From NCBI GenBank assembly GCA_027021705.1, contig JALUTT010000142.1, forward strand, positions 1 through 25,509: a DNA stretch of 25,509 bases. The letters run 5' to 3'. Numbering within the stretch: the first letter of the stretch is position 1; each line of letters starts with the position of its first letter. Positions 1 through 8,979 of this stretch are shown in pieces. The translations under genes and the position numbers were made by a program. The notes beneath the pieces were generated by a model. It saw only the letters and a program-made list of their open reading frames with translations. It made no database searches and had not been told where the DNA came from. Source of the DNA: Anaerolineae bacterium. GTDB lineage: Bacteria > Chloroflexota > Anaerolineae > S140-20.

Positions 1-16
1 CGGGAGTCATCCCCTC

Positions 17-49
17 AGCGTAACCGGCTTCAAGCTGGTTACGCTTTTT
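17..49 (+). terminator. Putative intrinsic terminator for a + strand gene upstream of the window
   Basis: AGCGTAACCGGCTT-C-AAGCTGGTTACGCT inverted repeat (one G-T pair) followed by a T run; partial copies of CGTAACC recur at 50-56 and 72-82. Confidence 0.55.
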
Positions 50-90
50 CGTAACCACCTCGTCGCCACCTCGTAACCGGCTAAACCTGG

Positions 91-1011
91 TCCGACCCTC
101 CCTCTTCATCGGGGCCTGTATTCGGACCAGGAGACAAACTGTTACGTCTAAACGAAGTAACTTGTCTCAACCCCCTCTTCATCGGGGCCTGTATTCGGAC
201 CAAACCAATACGCCGACGCCGACGGACACACCCACACGTCTCAACCCCCTCTTCATCGGGGCCTGTATTCGGACCCGACTCCCACGGAGCCACCCACTGA
301 AACACCGACTCGTCTCAACCCCCTCTTCATCGGGGCCTGTATTCGGACTACCGCGATGGCAGCGAGGAGTATCATCCTCTGGAGGTCTCAACCCCCTCTT
401 CATCGGGGCCTGTATTCGGACTACCGCGATGGCAGCGAGGAGTATCATCCTCTGGAGGTCTCAACCCCCTCTTCATCGGGGCCTGTATTCGGACGCAATT
501 CTATCTCCCCCATTCGTGGGGAGATAGAATGTCTCAACCCCCTCTTCATCGGGGCCTGTATTCGGACCTGGATGTTATTGGATCGTGCTATCCCAAGGGA
601 ACCCGTCTCAACCCCCTCTTCATCGGGGCCTGTATTCGGACGGAAGCCGGGATCAGGGGGATGATGAGACAGCTAGGAGTCTCAACCCCCTCTTCATCGG
701 GGCCTGTATTCGGACTCGGGGGGGACTACATCCCCCCGATGAGGGGAGGATGGGTCTCAACCCCCTCTTCATCGGGGCCTGTATTCGGACCCTCTGATGG
801 ACACTTCATCGCTCCCGTCGGGAGCGAGTCTCAACCCCCTCTTCATCGGGGCCTGTATTCGGACTTCAGGTGGCGACGTTGGGAGAGATCGGATACCTCC
901 AGTCTCAACCCCCTCTTCATCGGGGCCTGTATTCGGACTTTGCAAAATCAAGCTTACTGTACCTTATATCCCTGGTCTCAACCCCCTCTTCATCGGGGCC
1001 TGTATTCGGAC
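91..1011 (-). CRISPR. CRISPR array, 13 repeats / 12 spacers (36-38 bp, 11 unique)
   Basis: Repeat GTCTCAACCCCCTCTTCATCGGGGCCTGTATTCGGAC starts at 164, 238, 312, 385, 458, 531, 605, 679, 754, 828, 902 and 975, with a degenerate copy at 91-127 (trailer). The minus-strand repeat has a CCCC/GGGG hairpin and ends GTTGAGAC, resembling the 8-nt handle of class 1 (type III / I-D-like) repeats; subtype not determinable. Confidence 0.98.
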
Positions 1012-1316
1012 CGCAAACCGTCACCGAGGGAGAACCCCCCTTTCCGGCCGGTGAAAAAGGGCTCGGGGTGGGCTTGATGCCCCACCGGAAGGGTGGAATG
1101 AGGGGATACACATTTCCTTTCCCCCACCAAAGATCTCCCTGCGAGAATCACCGAAAACCCCCGAAAAAGCGTGCAGGAGGCCACTCCTCTGTCACCGGCC
1201 TTCGGGAGAGCACAACGGGCGGGGTCTGCCGTGGAGGGCAAGCGAGGATGCCGACAAGGATGAAGGGATGGGAAAGCCGGTGCCTATATCTTACCCGCTT
1301 TTTCCTCTCCCGTCAA
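1012..1316 (-). promoter_or_regulatory. CRISPR leader with sigma70 promoter pointing into the array
   Basis: Minus strand TTGACG (1316-1311) - 17 bp - TAAGAT (1293-1288), on the side opposite the degenerate repeat. Confidence 0.75.
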
Positions 1317-1338
1317 GACCCACTCGCGCGTGTGACTG

Positions 1339-1390
1339 TTCCACAACTGGTGAAAAAGGTGTATAATGAGGGCAGTAGCAGGAGGAGGTG
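1339..1390 (+). promoter_or_regulatory. Transposase promoter and RBS
   Basis: TTCCAC (1339-1344) - 17 bp - TATAAT (1362-1367); GGAGGAGGTG at 1381-1390 before ATG 1395. Confidence 0.6.
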
Positions 1391-1394
1391 AGCT

Positions 1395-2573
1395 ATGCGT
1401 CTAAGGGTGAAGATTTCCAAGGTAGAACCGGGGCGCTATCCGGAGCCGATCGAATGTCCCTACTGCCACAGCCGAGCGGTCAAGCTCCACCAGGGGGGGT
1501 GTTCCAAGGCGGTGCGTGATCTGACGTATGAGGAAGTGGAGGTCCAGCGTCAGCGCTGTTTGAGTTGTCGGCGGACTTTCCGGGTGTATCCGGAGGGGGT
1601 CTCCCGGGGCCAGCAATCGCAGGCGTTGAAGGCGCTCAGTGTGATGTTGTATCTGTTGGGGCTCAGCTACGGGGCGGTGACCGATGTGCTGGAGGTGATG
1701 GGGGCGTTGTTGGGCAAGCCGGTCCAGTTGGGGAAGACGACCGTCTATCGGAACGTTCAAGAGGCGGGGGAGAAGGCGCGGCGGCTTCGTCGGAGGTGGC
1801 TGGAGGGGGGGAAGCGGGTCCGGGTGATCGGGGCGGACATCACCCAGGTGAAGTGTGGGGGGGAGAGTCTGCTGGTTGGGGTGGTGGTGGATGACCGGAC
1901 GGGTATTGAGTTGAGCGTGGAGATTCTGGAGGACGAGACGACCGAGAGCCTCTTGGCCTGGCTGAAGGAGGTGGCGGACCTGGTGGGAGCGGAGGTGGTG
2001 GTCACGGATGATGCCGATGGGCTCAAGACGGTGGCCGATGACCTGGATCTGGCGCACCAAATCTGCCGGGCTCACGTGACCAAGAACACCCTTCGGTTGG
2101 TGGGGGAGTTGGGGACTCAGGCGATGGAGGCTCCTCATCCTCCGCCACCGGGGGTGAACAAGGGGGTTGAGGAGTTTCTGGCCGACTTGGAGGAGGTCCA
2201 AAGGCTGATTGAGAGCCATCCCCACGATGGGCAGGCGCGGATGAAGGCGCTCCACTTGGCCTATTGCCAGGCTCCCCCTCCCGGGGAGGGGGAGAAAGCC
2301 ACTATGTGGTATCGGATGCGATTGCTGACCCTGGACCGATGGGAGAATTGGCCCCGCCTCACCCTCTATCAGCGGTGGCGAGGCCCCCAAGGGGAGCGCA
2401 TCGATGGCACCAACAATGGGGCCGAACGGGCGATTGGCTGGTGGGTGAAGGAAAGATACCGCTCTATGCGGGGCTACAAGCGCCGAGAATCGGTGTTGAA
2501 CGTCAGCACCCTCTTGGGCTGGCTGGGCGCTCAGACAGCCGATTACGACCTCGCCGAACTCGTGGCTGCTTGA
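1395..2573 (+). CDS. DDE transposase with N-terminal zinc ribbon
   Basis: CPYC...CLSC zinc ribbon, HTH-like segment, VIGAD / VVVTDD / TNNGAER catalytic triad, HQICRAH (CxxH) motif; bounded by TIRs. Confidence 0.88.
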   Translation: MRLRVKISKVEPGRYPEPIECPYCHSRAVKLHQGGCSKAVRDLTYEEVEVQRQRCLSCRRTFRVYPEGVSRGQQSQALKALSVMLYLLGLSYGAVTDVLEVMGALLGKPVQLGKTTVYRNVQEAGEKARRLRRRWLEGGKRVRVIGADITQVKCGGESLLVGVVVDDRTGIELSVEILEDETTESLLAWLKEVADLVGAEVVVTDDADGLKTVADDLDLAHQICRAHVTKNTLRLVGELGTQAMEAPHPPPPGVNKGVEEFLADLEEVQRLIESHPHDGQARMKALHLAYCQAPPPGEGEKATMWYRMRLLTLDRWENWPRLTLYQRWRGPQGERIDGTNNGAERAIGWWVKERYRSMRGYKRRESVLNVSTLLGWLGAQTADYDLAELVAA

Positions 2574-2642
2574 AAGCCCTCAAGATGGGGGGACCCCTCG
2601 CCTCCCCTGAATCTTCCACCAAACTCGGAACAATCACTCGCG

Positions 2643-2796
2643 CGGTGATTACCCACAAGGGAGCGAGAGAGTGGTCCGTAGCAGGCCGTCCACGAATTTC
2701 TCACAAATGCACGATGAGGCGGTCCTTAATTCGTGTATTCGTGCCCCATTCGTGGACGGCTCGTCTCCCTATCTCCAAAGATATGGGCAATCACCG
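2643..2796 (+). mobile_element. MITE family 1, copy A (154 bp)
   Basis: TIR CGGTGATTACCCA / TGGGCAATCACCG; internal 13-bp inverted repeat 2685-2697 / 2748-2760; near-identical to three other copies in the window. Confidence 0.88.
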
Positions 2797-2826
2797 GCCA
2801 TTTGCGCCCCTTGCGCCAAGTCTTCC

Positions 2827-3879
2827 CTACGGCCCAGGAGAGGCTGTCGGGGTTGCCGCCGAAGGAACCCGCAGCGTGGTGAAAGTCACCAGCGTCGTCC
2901 GCCCCGCCTCCACGCTGGCCGTCCACAGGTGCGTCTCCCCCCCCACCTCCGCCTTCACCGTGTACTTCCCCGGCTTCAGCTCCCAGAAGACGAAGTTCTC
3001 CCCCCACCCCTCATCCGGGTGAACGACGGAGCTGGTGTAGGTCCAGGTCTCCTCGACCAACCGATCCCCCTGGTAGATGCGAATGGGATGGCGATGGATG
3101 TAGCGCCCCAGCGGATCCACCAGCCGGCCCGCCAGCGTGCCCGTGCCCTGGCGCGGCTTCAGCCAGAGCACCGGGTTACGGGTGTAGGCCTCGCTGTTCT
3201 GACCAATCCGCACCTCCAGGTGGACGTGGGGGCCGGTGGCGTTGCCCGTCATCCCCGCCAACCCGATCCGTTCCCCCGTCTGCACGTGCTGCCCCTCGCG
3301 GACCAGGACCTGGGAGAGGTGGGCATAGAGGATGTAGACGGGCCACCCCTCGAAGGTCCGATCGAGCCGGAGCATCACGTGGTTGCCGTAGGCCCCGCTC
3401 GGCCGGCCGTTGATCTCCACCAACTGGTTCCCCGCCTCGATCACCACCCCCGAGGCGACGGCCTGCACGGGGTCCCCCTCCGAAGCGCTGATGTCCACCC
3501 CCCGATGGACCCAGGACCCTCCCGGCCAGGGCGCTCCGTAGGGATAGATGTGCAGGACCTGCCCGGGCACCGGCCACTCCAGCCAGTAGTGCTCCTTGAG
3601 GATCTGGTTGATGACGATGGCCGGCCGGGGCTCCCCGGTGGGAGTAACGATGAAGCCGGGGCGCTGCGGGGCCGGCGAGGGCAGCGACGTCCCGGCCGGC
3701 GTGGGCGGCGGCAGGGGGGTGGGCGAGGGCTGCAGGGTGGGGAACGGGACCGGCGTGATCACCGAAGCGCCCGCCAGGTCTGCGCACCCGGCCACGACGA
3801 AGAGCAAGGGCAGGACCAGCCCCACGAACCCAACGGCCCGGAAGAGGGCCGGCCACCGACCATCGGGCCTCCCCCTCAC
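2827..3879 (-). CDS. M23 family metallopeptidase, probable lipoprotein
   Basis: HRGVD and HVH zinc motifs, signal peptide with VAGC lipobox-like motif, Pro/Thr linker, C-terminal beta-sandwich; GTG start overlaps the upstream stop. Confidence 0.88.
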   Translation of the reverse strand: MRGRPDGRWPALFRAVGFVGLVLPLLFVVAGCADLAGASVITPVPFPTLQPSPTPLPPPTPAGTSLPSPAPQRPGFIVTPTGEPRPAIVINQILKEHYWLEWPVPGQVLHIYPYGAPWPGGSWVHRGVDISASEGDPVQAVASGVVIEAGNQLVEINGRPSGAYGNHVMLRLDRTFEGWPVYILYAHLSQVLVREGQHVQTGERIGLAGMTGNATGPHVHLEVRIGQNSEAYTRNPVLWLKPRQGTGTLAGRLVDPLGRYIHRHPIRIYQGDRLVEETWTYTSSVVHPDEGWGENFVFWELKPGKYTVKAEVGGETHLWTASVEAGRTTLVTFTTLRVPSAATPTASPGP

Positions 3880-5102
3880 GGCCCCCCCTCCCCCGATGCA
3901 GGCAGCGTCAGGGTGACGAAAGCGGTCTGGCCCGCCACCACCTCCACCGGCACCTCCAGCACCTCATCCCCCACGTAGGCCCGCACCAGGTAGCTGCCGG
4001 CCGGCAGATCGCCGATGGCGAAGTTCTCCTGCCAGAACTCGTCCGGGTTCACCCCGGTGTCGGCGTAGGTCCAGCTCTGACGGACCGCCTGCCCCGAAGG
4101 CCGGAGGATGGCGATGGGCACATCGTAGAGGAACCGGCCCTCGGCGTCGGTCACCCGGCCGGCGACGGTCCCGAAGCCGGCGTAGGGGGCCATCCAGAGC
4201 TGCGGGTTGCGGGTGTCGGCGTAGGTGTTGCCCCCCACCCGGACCTCCAGGTGCAGGTGAGGTCCCAGGGCAACCCCGCTGGAGCCGGAGTAGCCGACCA
4301 GTTGACCGGGCTCCACCCGCTCCCCCACCTGGGCCACCACCTCCGAGAGGTGGCCGTAGAGGACGTAGACCGGCTGCCCCCGATACGTCCAGTCCAGTTG
4401 GATGACCACCAGCAGGCCGTAGTAGTTGGGCCGCTTGCCGTAGACGGCGGTCCGGTCGTCGCCGGCCACGATCACCTGGCCGGGGGCCACCGCCACCAGC
4501 GGCGTTCCCAGGCCGGCCCCGATGTCCAGGCCGTGGTGGACGGCCAGCCGCCCTCCTCCCGTGGTCCCGTACAGGTAGTTGGAGGCCGCCCAGCTTGGCC
4601 CCTCGATGCCCAGCGGACGGAAGAGCCAGTAATGCTCCGCCGGATCGTCGGGCACCGAGGTGGCCGACAGCCCCTCCGTCGGCCCCCGCAGGATCGTCCC
4701 AGGCCCCAGCGGGGTCGGTGACGGGCGGGGCGTCCAGGTCGGGGTCGGGGTAGGCGTCTCCGTCGGCGTCGCCGTGGGCGTCGGCGTCGCCGTCGGGGTG
4801 TTGGTGGGGGTCGGGGTGGGGGTGGGCGTGTTAGTGGGGGTCGGCGTTGGGGTCGGCGTCGGCGTCGGCGTCGGCGTATTGGTGGGGGTTGGGGTGTAGG
4901 TCGGCGTGGGCGTATCGGTGGGCGTCGGCGTCGGCGTCGAGGTGATGACGGCCACCGGCGTGGCGGTGAGCACCGCCCCCGCCTGGGCTCCCAACATCTG
5001 GTCGGCGGTGAAGAGGATGACCAGGGCGACGACGACGAGGCCACCCATCCAACCGGTGGCCCGCCGCCTTCGGTAGAGGGAAGGACCGTCGTTCAGGACC
5101 AT
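3876..5102 (-). CDS. M23 family metallopeptidase with long Pro/Thr linker
   Basis: HHGLD and HLH motifs, N-terminal TM/signal, long (TP)n tract; paralog of the adjacent gene. Confidence 0.88.
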   Translation of the reverse strand: MVLNDGPSLYRRRRATGWMGGLVVVALVILFTADQMLGAQAGAVLTATPVAVITSTPTPTPTDTPTPTYTPTPTNTPTPTPTPTPTPTPTNTPTPTPTPTNTPTATPTPTATPTETPTPTPTWTPRPSPTPLGPGTILRGPTEGLSATSVPDDPAEHYWLFRPLGIEGPSWAASNYLYGTTGGGRLAVHHGLDIGAGLGTPLVAVAPGQVIVAGDDRTAVYGKRPNYYGLLVVIQLDWTYRGQPVYVLYGHLSEVVAQVGERVEPGQLVGYSGSSGVALGPHLHLEVRVGGNTYADTRNPQLWMAPYAGFGTVAGRVTDAEGRFLYDVPIAILRPSGQAVRQSWTYADTGVNPDEFWQENFAIGDLPAGSYLVRAYVGDEVLEVPVEVVAGQTAFVTLTLPASGEGGP

Positions 5103-5107
5103 CGGCG

Positions 5108-6649
5108 CTATCCCTGCTCCAGGCCGGCCCGCCGGACGACGACGGCGCTTACCTTCTTCCAGAGATGGCCCGCCTGCTCCCGGAGGTCCTCCACCTCGGC
5201 CAGCCAGCGCCGGCGCAGGGCTTCGTCCTCCAGGGCGAGGGCGTTGACCCGGACGTTGAGAGCAGCCCCCTCGACGGCGGCCCAGGCCAGGTGGGCCGCC
5301 ACGCCGGCGTCGGTCACGGCGTTGACGTTCCCCACCTCGGCCACCTGCCGGATCAGCCGCAGCGTGGCCACCGCCTCGCGGGCCACCGCCAGGGGGACCT
5401 CACCAGCCCGTCGGGTAGCCTCCTGGATCGCCTGTCGGCGGGCGGCCTTCTCCGCCTCGGTCCCTTTGGGCATCCGGTAGGCCGCCATCACCGCGTCGAA
5501 GGCAGCGCTGTCCTGGGCCACGGCGGCTGTGAGGCGGACCCGGAGCGTGCCGGCCTCGGCCAGCACCTCCTGCATCGCTTCCTCTACCAGGGCGTACTTC
5601 TTCCGCCCCACCGTCAGGCCGGCCACCATCTGGGCCAGGGCAGCGGCCAGGGCGGCGGCCAGCGCCGAGACGGCCCCGCCTCCCGGCGTCGGCGTAGGGG
5701 CCGCCACCGCGTCCAGGAAGGCCGTCGGTGTGGTCTCGGCCTCCATCGCGGCGGCCAGCCGGTTCTCCAGGACCTGGTCGGGCTCGAAGAGGTCCAACTG
5801 CAGGTGCCAGCGGGCCGCCTCCACCAGGGCTGCCTGGGGGATCAGCCCCACCAACTCGCTGTGGGTCACCGCCACGCCGTAGCGGGCTGCCTCCTGGCGG
5901 ATCAGGTTGACCACCCGCTGGATGGGGGTCTTCTCGTAGTTGGTCAGGTTCATCGAGACCTGGGCCTGTCCTTCGACCAGGAAGCCCTTGGCCTGGACGT
6001 AGCGCAGGCCCCCGCTGGAGTGGCGGACCGCCCGGGCGATGCGGTCGGCAATGCGCACATCGTCGGTGTTCAGGTAGACGTTGAAGGCGATGAGGAAGGG
6101 GCGGGCTCCGACGACGGTGGCCCCGGCTTTGCCCAAGCGGGCCGGCCCGAAGTCGGGAGCCCGGTCCGGGTCCGTGGCGATGGCCTCCCGCAGCCCCTCG
6201 TACTCCCCGCGCCGGATGGTGGCCAGGCGCCGGCGGTCGGGCCGGCGGGCAGCCTCGGCGTAGAGGTAGGTGGGGATCTCCAGCTCGGCGGCGATGCGCC
6301 GGGCCACCCGCTCCGCCATCGCCACACAGTCGGCCATCGTCACCCCCTGGAGGGGGACGAAGGGGATGACGTCGGTGGCCCCGATGCGGGGGTGTTCCCC
6401 CCGGTGTTGGGTCATGTCAATCAGTTCGGCGGCCCGGGCCGCCCCTTGGAAGGCCGCTTCCTCCACCGCCTCCGGCGGACCGACGAAGGTGACGACGGTC
6501 CGGTTGTGGTCCGGGTCGCTGTGGGTATCGAGGACGTAGACCTGGGGGACGGCGGCGATGGCCCCGACGATGGCCTGGATCACCTCCTCCCGCCGGCCCT
6601 CGCTGAAGTTGGGTACACATTCGACCAGCCGTTGGGGTTTCTTGGTCAT
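5108..6649 (-). CDS. ftcd: Glutamate formimidoyltransferase / formimidoyltetrahydrofolate cyclodeaminase
   Basis: [42 protein letters not shown] cyclodeaminase domain; start placed at ATG 6649 (ORF extends to GTG 6697 through repeats). Confidence 0.93.
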   Translation of the reverse strand: MTKKPQRLVECVPNFSEGRREEVIQAIVGAIAAVPQVYVLDTHSDPDHNRTVVTFVGPPEAVEEAAFQGAARAAELIDMTQHRGEHPRIGATDVIPFVPLQGVTMADCVAMAERVARRIAAELEIPTYLYAEAARRPDRRRLATIRRGEYEGLREAIATDPDRAPDFGPARLGKAGATVVGARPFLIAFNVYLNTDDVRIADRIARAVRHSSGGLRYVQAKGFLVEGQAQVSMNLTNYEKTPIQRVVNLIRQEAARYGVAVTHSELVGLIPQAALVEAARWHLQLDLFEPDQVLENRLAAAMEAETTPTAFLDAVAAPTPTPGGGAVSALAAALAAALAQMVAGLTVGRKKYALVEEAMQEVLAEAGTLRVRLTAAVAQDSAAFDAVMAAYRMPKGTEAEKAARRQAIQEATRRAGEVPLAVAREAVATLRLIRQVAEVGNVNAVTDAGVAAHLAWAAVEGAALNVRVNALALEDEALRRRWLAEVEDLREQAGHLWKKVSAVVVRRAGLEQG

Positions 6650-6823
6650 TTGGTCGTTTGGTCGCGTGGTCAGGTGGTCGGGTGGTCGCTTGGTCACGTA
6701 GTCACGTGGTCGGGTGGTCAGATGGTCGGTTGGTCGCTTGGTCGCGTGGTCAGGTGGTCGGGTGGTCGCTAGGTCGCTAGGCCGCTAAGCCGCTAGGCCG
6801 CTAGGCCGCTAAGCCGCTAGGTC
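6643..6823. repeat. Degenerate 8-bp tandem repeat tract (TGGTCnnn grading into GCCGCTA[G/A])
   Basis: Visible 8-bp periodicity over about 180 bp in the ftcd 5' region. Confidence 0.9.
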
Positions 6824-6832
6824 AACGGTCGG

Positions 6833-6861
6833 ATTGTACAGGAATTTTCACCAACCGTCAA
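6833..6861 (-). promoter_or_regulatory. Sigma70 promoter for ftcd-M23-M23 operon
   Basis: Minus strand TTGACG - 17 bp - TACAAT. Confidence 0.75.
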
Positions 6862-6866
6862 CCTGT

Positions 6867-6969
6867 GCGAATTGCAAATTGCGAATTGCGAATTGCGAAT
6901 TGCAAATTGCAAATTGCAACTTGCAACTTGCAACTTGCCCCTTGCCCCTTGCAACTTGCCCCCTGCCCC
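6867..6969. repeat. 7-bp tandem repeat tract (GCGAATT / GCAAATT / GCAACTT / GCCCCTT)
   Basis: Clear 7-bp periodicity between two divergent promoters. Confidence 0.9.
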
Positions 6970-6970
6970 A

Positions 6971-6999
6971 TTGACACTTCCTCCATTCCGGGGTATAAC
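6971..6999 (+). promoter_or_regulatory. Sigma70 promoter for amidase / L,D-transpeptidase operon
   Basis: TTGACA - 17 bp - TATAAC. Confidence 0.8.
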
Positions 7000-7049
7000 A
7001 GGGTTGCCGACCTGGGAGACCCGTTGCAGAGGGGAGATCACCCAAGCTT

Positions 7050-7889
7050 ATGTCCGACTCCCGACCCCCGACTCCAAACCCCAAACCCCGATTCCGGCGT
7101 TGGGTGCCCTGGCTCCGCTACCCGGTGCTGGAGGCCGCCTGGCGGGGAGCCCGGGGACTGGCGCTGGCCGCCGGGCTGCTGGCCCTGCTCCTGGGCCTCT
7201 ACGGCCTGCTGGTGCCCACCCCTGCCGCCTCCCAGCCGGGGGGGCCATCCTCGGGCCGGGCGACCCTCCCCCCGCCCACCCCCACGCCTCGGCCGCCCAC
7301 CCCCACCCCACCTCCCCCCACGCCCTCGGTCCCCCGCATCGGCATCGTGGCCGGCCACTGGTGGCCGGAGGGGTCCGAGATGAGCGACGCGGGAGCGGTC
7401 TGTCCCGATGGCCTGACGGAGGTCGAGATCAACAAAGACGTGGCCGAGCGGGTCGTCTTCACCCTGCGCAAGATGGGCTACCGGGCCGACCTGCTGGCCG
7501 AGTGGGACGAGCGGCTCCAGGGCTACCAGGCCGACGCCCTCGTCTCCATCCACGCCGATTCCTGCCTCTACCCCGAAGCCTCGGGGTTCAAGGTGGCCCG
7601 GGTGACCGACAGCGTGATCCCAGAGGAAGAGGACCGTCTGGTGGCCTGCCTGGCCGACCGCTACGCCCGGCGCACCGGCCTCCGCTTCCACCGCAACAGC
7701 ATCACCTACGATATGACCCGCTACCACACCTTCTACGAGATTGACCCCCTAACGCCGGGGGCCATCATCGAGGTGGGCTTTATGCTGGCGGACCGGGACC
7801 TGCTGACCCGGCGGCCCGACCTGGTGGCCCAGGGGATCATTGACGGCCTGCTCTGCTACCTGCGGGAGGAGACGGTCAATGGGCCGTGA
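7050..7889 (+). CDS. N-acetylmuramoyl-L-alanine amidase (Amidase_3)
   Basis: IGIVAGH, TEVEIN, VSIHAD and IIEVGFM motifs; TM helix plus Pro/Thr linker; start uncertain because the first codons are 7-bp repeats. Confidence 0.85.
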   Translation: MSDSRPPTPNPKPRFRRWVPWLRYPVLEAAWRGARGLALAAGLLALLLGLYGLLVPTPAASQPGGPSSGRATLPPPTPTPRPPTPTPPPPTPSVPRIGIVAGHWWPEGSEMSDAGAVCPDGLTEVEINKDVAERVVFTLRKMGYRADLLAEWDERLQGYQADALVSIHADSCLYPEASGFKVARVTDSVIPEEEDRLVACLADRYARRTGLRFHRNSITYDMTRYHTFYEIDPLTPGAIIEVGFMLADRDLLTRRPDLVAQGIIDGLLCYLREETVNGP

Positions 7890-8868
7890 GGCGACCCAGG
7901 AGACCATCGCCCAACTGTGGCAGCGTGCTCAGGCGGCCGCTTTGGCCGGCCATCGGCCCGAAGCCCAACGCCTCTTCGAGGCGATCCTAGCCCAGGACCC
8001 GACCCACGAAGGGGCGCTGCTCTGGATGGCCTACCTGGCCGGGGGCGGACGGCGGAGCCTGGCCTACATCGCCCGGCTCCTGGAAGCCCATCCCCACAGC
8101 GCCCGGGGACGGGCCGCTTTACGCTGGGCCCGCGCCCAGGAGGCCAGGGGAGAGGCTACACCGCCGGGGGAAGCCTACCTGCCGCCCTCAAGGAAGGAGA
8201 GCACCGGTCGAGGAGGCCGGCGAGGGCTCTTCCTGACAGCGCTGACCATCTGGCTGGTGGCCGTGGTGCTGCTCCTGCTCATCGGAGCCGACGGCCTACT
8301 GGCCGAGGCGATCCCGGCCCCCTCGGAAACGCCGACGGTCGTCCGTCTGGCCTACCGGTCCCGGCCCACGGCGACGCCTCCCCTCCTGCCCACGCTGACG
8401 CCCAGCCCGACGGCAACGCCGTCCCCCACGCCGACCTCCACACCGACGCCCACCCCCACGCCCACCAATACCTTGGTGCCCACGGTGACGCCGGCTCCAA
8501 CCCGCCCCCCCGTGGGCAGCCGCTGGATCGAGGTCAACCTGACCACACAGACCCTCATCGCTCACGAGGGGAACCGCCCCGTGCGCTGGATCAAGGTCTC
8601 CACGGGCCTGCCCCAATACCCCACCGTCACCGGCGTCTACCGCATCTACGTCAAGTACCGCTCGGCCGATATGTCGGGGCCGGGGTACTACCTGCCCGAC
8701 GTGCCCTACGTGATGTACTTCTACAAGGGCTACGGTCTGCACGGCACCTACTGGCACAACAACTTCGGCCAGCCGATGAGCCACGGCTGCGTGAACCTGC
8801 CCGTTGAGGAAGCCAAGTGGCTCTACGAGTGGGCCGACGTAGGCACCGTGGTCAACATCCACTACTGA
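7879..8868 (+). CDS. L,D-transpeptidase (YkuD family) with N-terminal TPR-like region and TM helix
   Basis: [24 protein letters not shown] catalytic motif; ATG 7879 overlaps the amidase end. Confidence 0.9.
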   Translation: MGREATQETIAQLWQRAQAAALAGHRPEAQRLFEAILAQDPTHEGALLWMAYLAGGGRRSLAYIARLLEAHPHSARGRAALRWARAQEARGEATPPGEAYLPPSRKESTGRGGRRGLFLTALTIWLVAVVLLLLIGADGLLAEAIPAPSETPTVVRLAYRSRPTATPPLLPTLTPSPTATPSPTPTSTPTPTPTPTNTLVPTVTPAPTRPPVGSRWIEVNLTTQTLIAHEGNRPVRWIKVSTGLPQYPTVTGVYRIYVKYRSADMSGPGYYLPDVPYVMYFYKGYGLHGTYWHNNFGQPMSHGCVNLPVEEAKWLYEWADVGTVVNIHY

Positions 8869-8875
8869 GTCGAGG

Positions 8876-8950
8876 CCCTCCCGCAGGTCCCCATAGGCAA
8901 CCTCTGAGAAACCACCGCTGTCACCGGGCACCGCGTGACCTGCAGGAGGG
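8876..8950. repeat. Inverted-repeat element, family 2 (decayed copy) between convergent genes
   Basis: CCCTCCCGCAGGTC (8876-8889) / GACCTGCAGGAGGG (8937-8950), same arms as the element at 22320-22441. Confidence 0.7.
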
Positions 8951-8979
8951 TGACCACCGTCAGGTAACCGGCTACGGAG

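Larger units (their letters stand above)
1332..2637 (+). mobile_element. Insertion sequence, 1306 bp, single DDE transposase (Mutator-like; exact family uncertain)
   Basis: Terminal inverted repeats GTGACTGTTCC (1332-1342) / GGAACAATCAC (2627-2637), 10/11 match plus a further TGGTG match; flanking direct repeats TCGCGCGT (1324-1331) / TCGCGCGG (2638-2645). Confidence 0.85.

Noticed and set aside
508..519. 12-nt match CCCCATTCGTGG between spacer 6 and MITE copies A and C
   Set aside because: About one 12-nt match is expected by chance given all spacer windows and both strands; flanks do not align
81..1391. Many short ORFs across the CRISPR array and leader
   Set aside because: Translations are repeat-derived (SQPPLHRGLYSD, LNPLFIGACIRT); no RBS or domain evidence
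1012..2637. Transposase next to a CRISPR array as an RNA-guided transposon (CAST/OMEGA)
   Set aside because: The IS has its own TIRs and TSD that exclude the array; no TnsC/TniQ, TnpB/IscB or Cas motifs. Adjacency is better explained by promoter-proximal insertion
4730..4945. GGCGTC/GGGGTG repeat tract as a non-coding repeat array
   Set aside because: It is the in-frame Thr-Pro linker of the M23 peptidase gene
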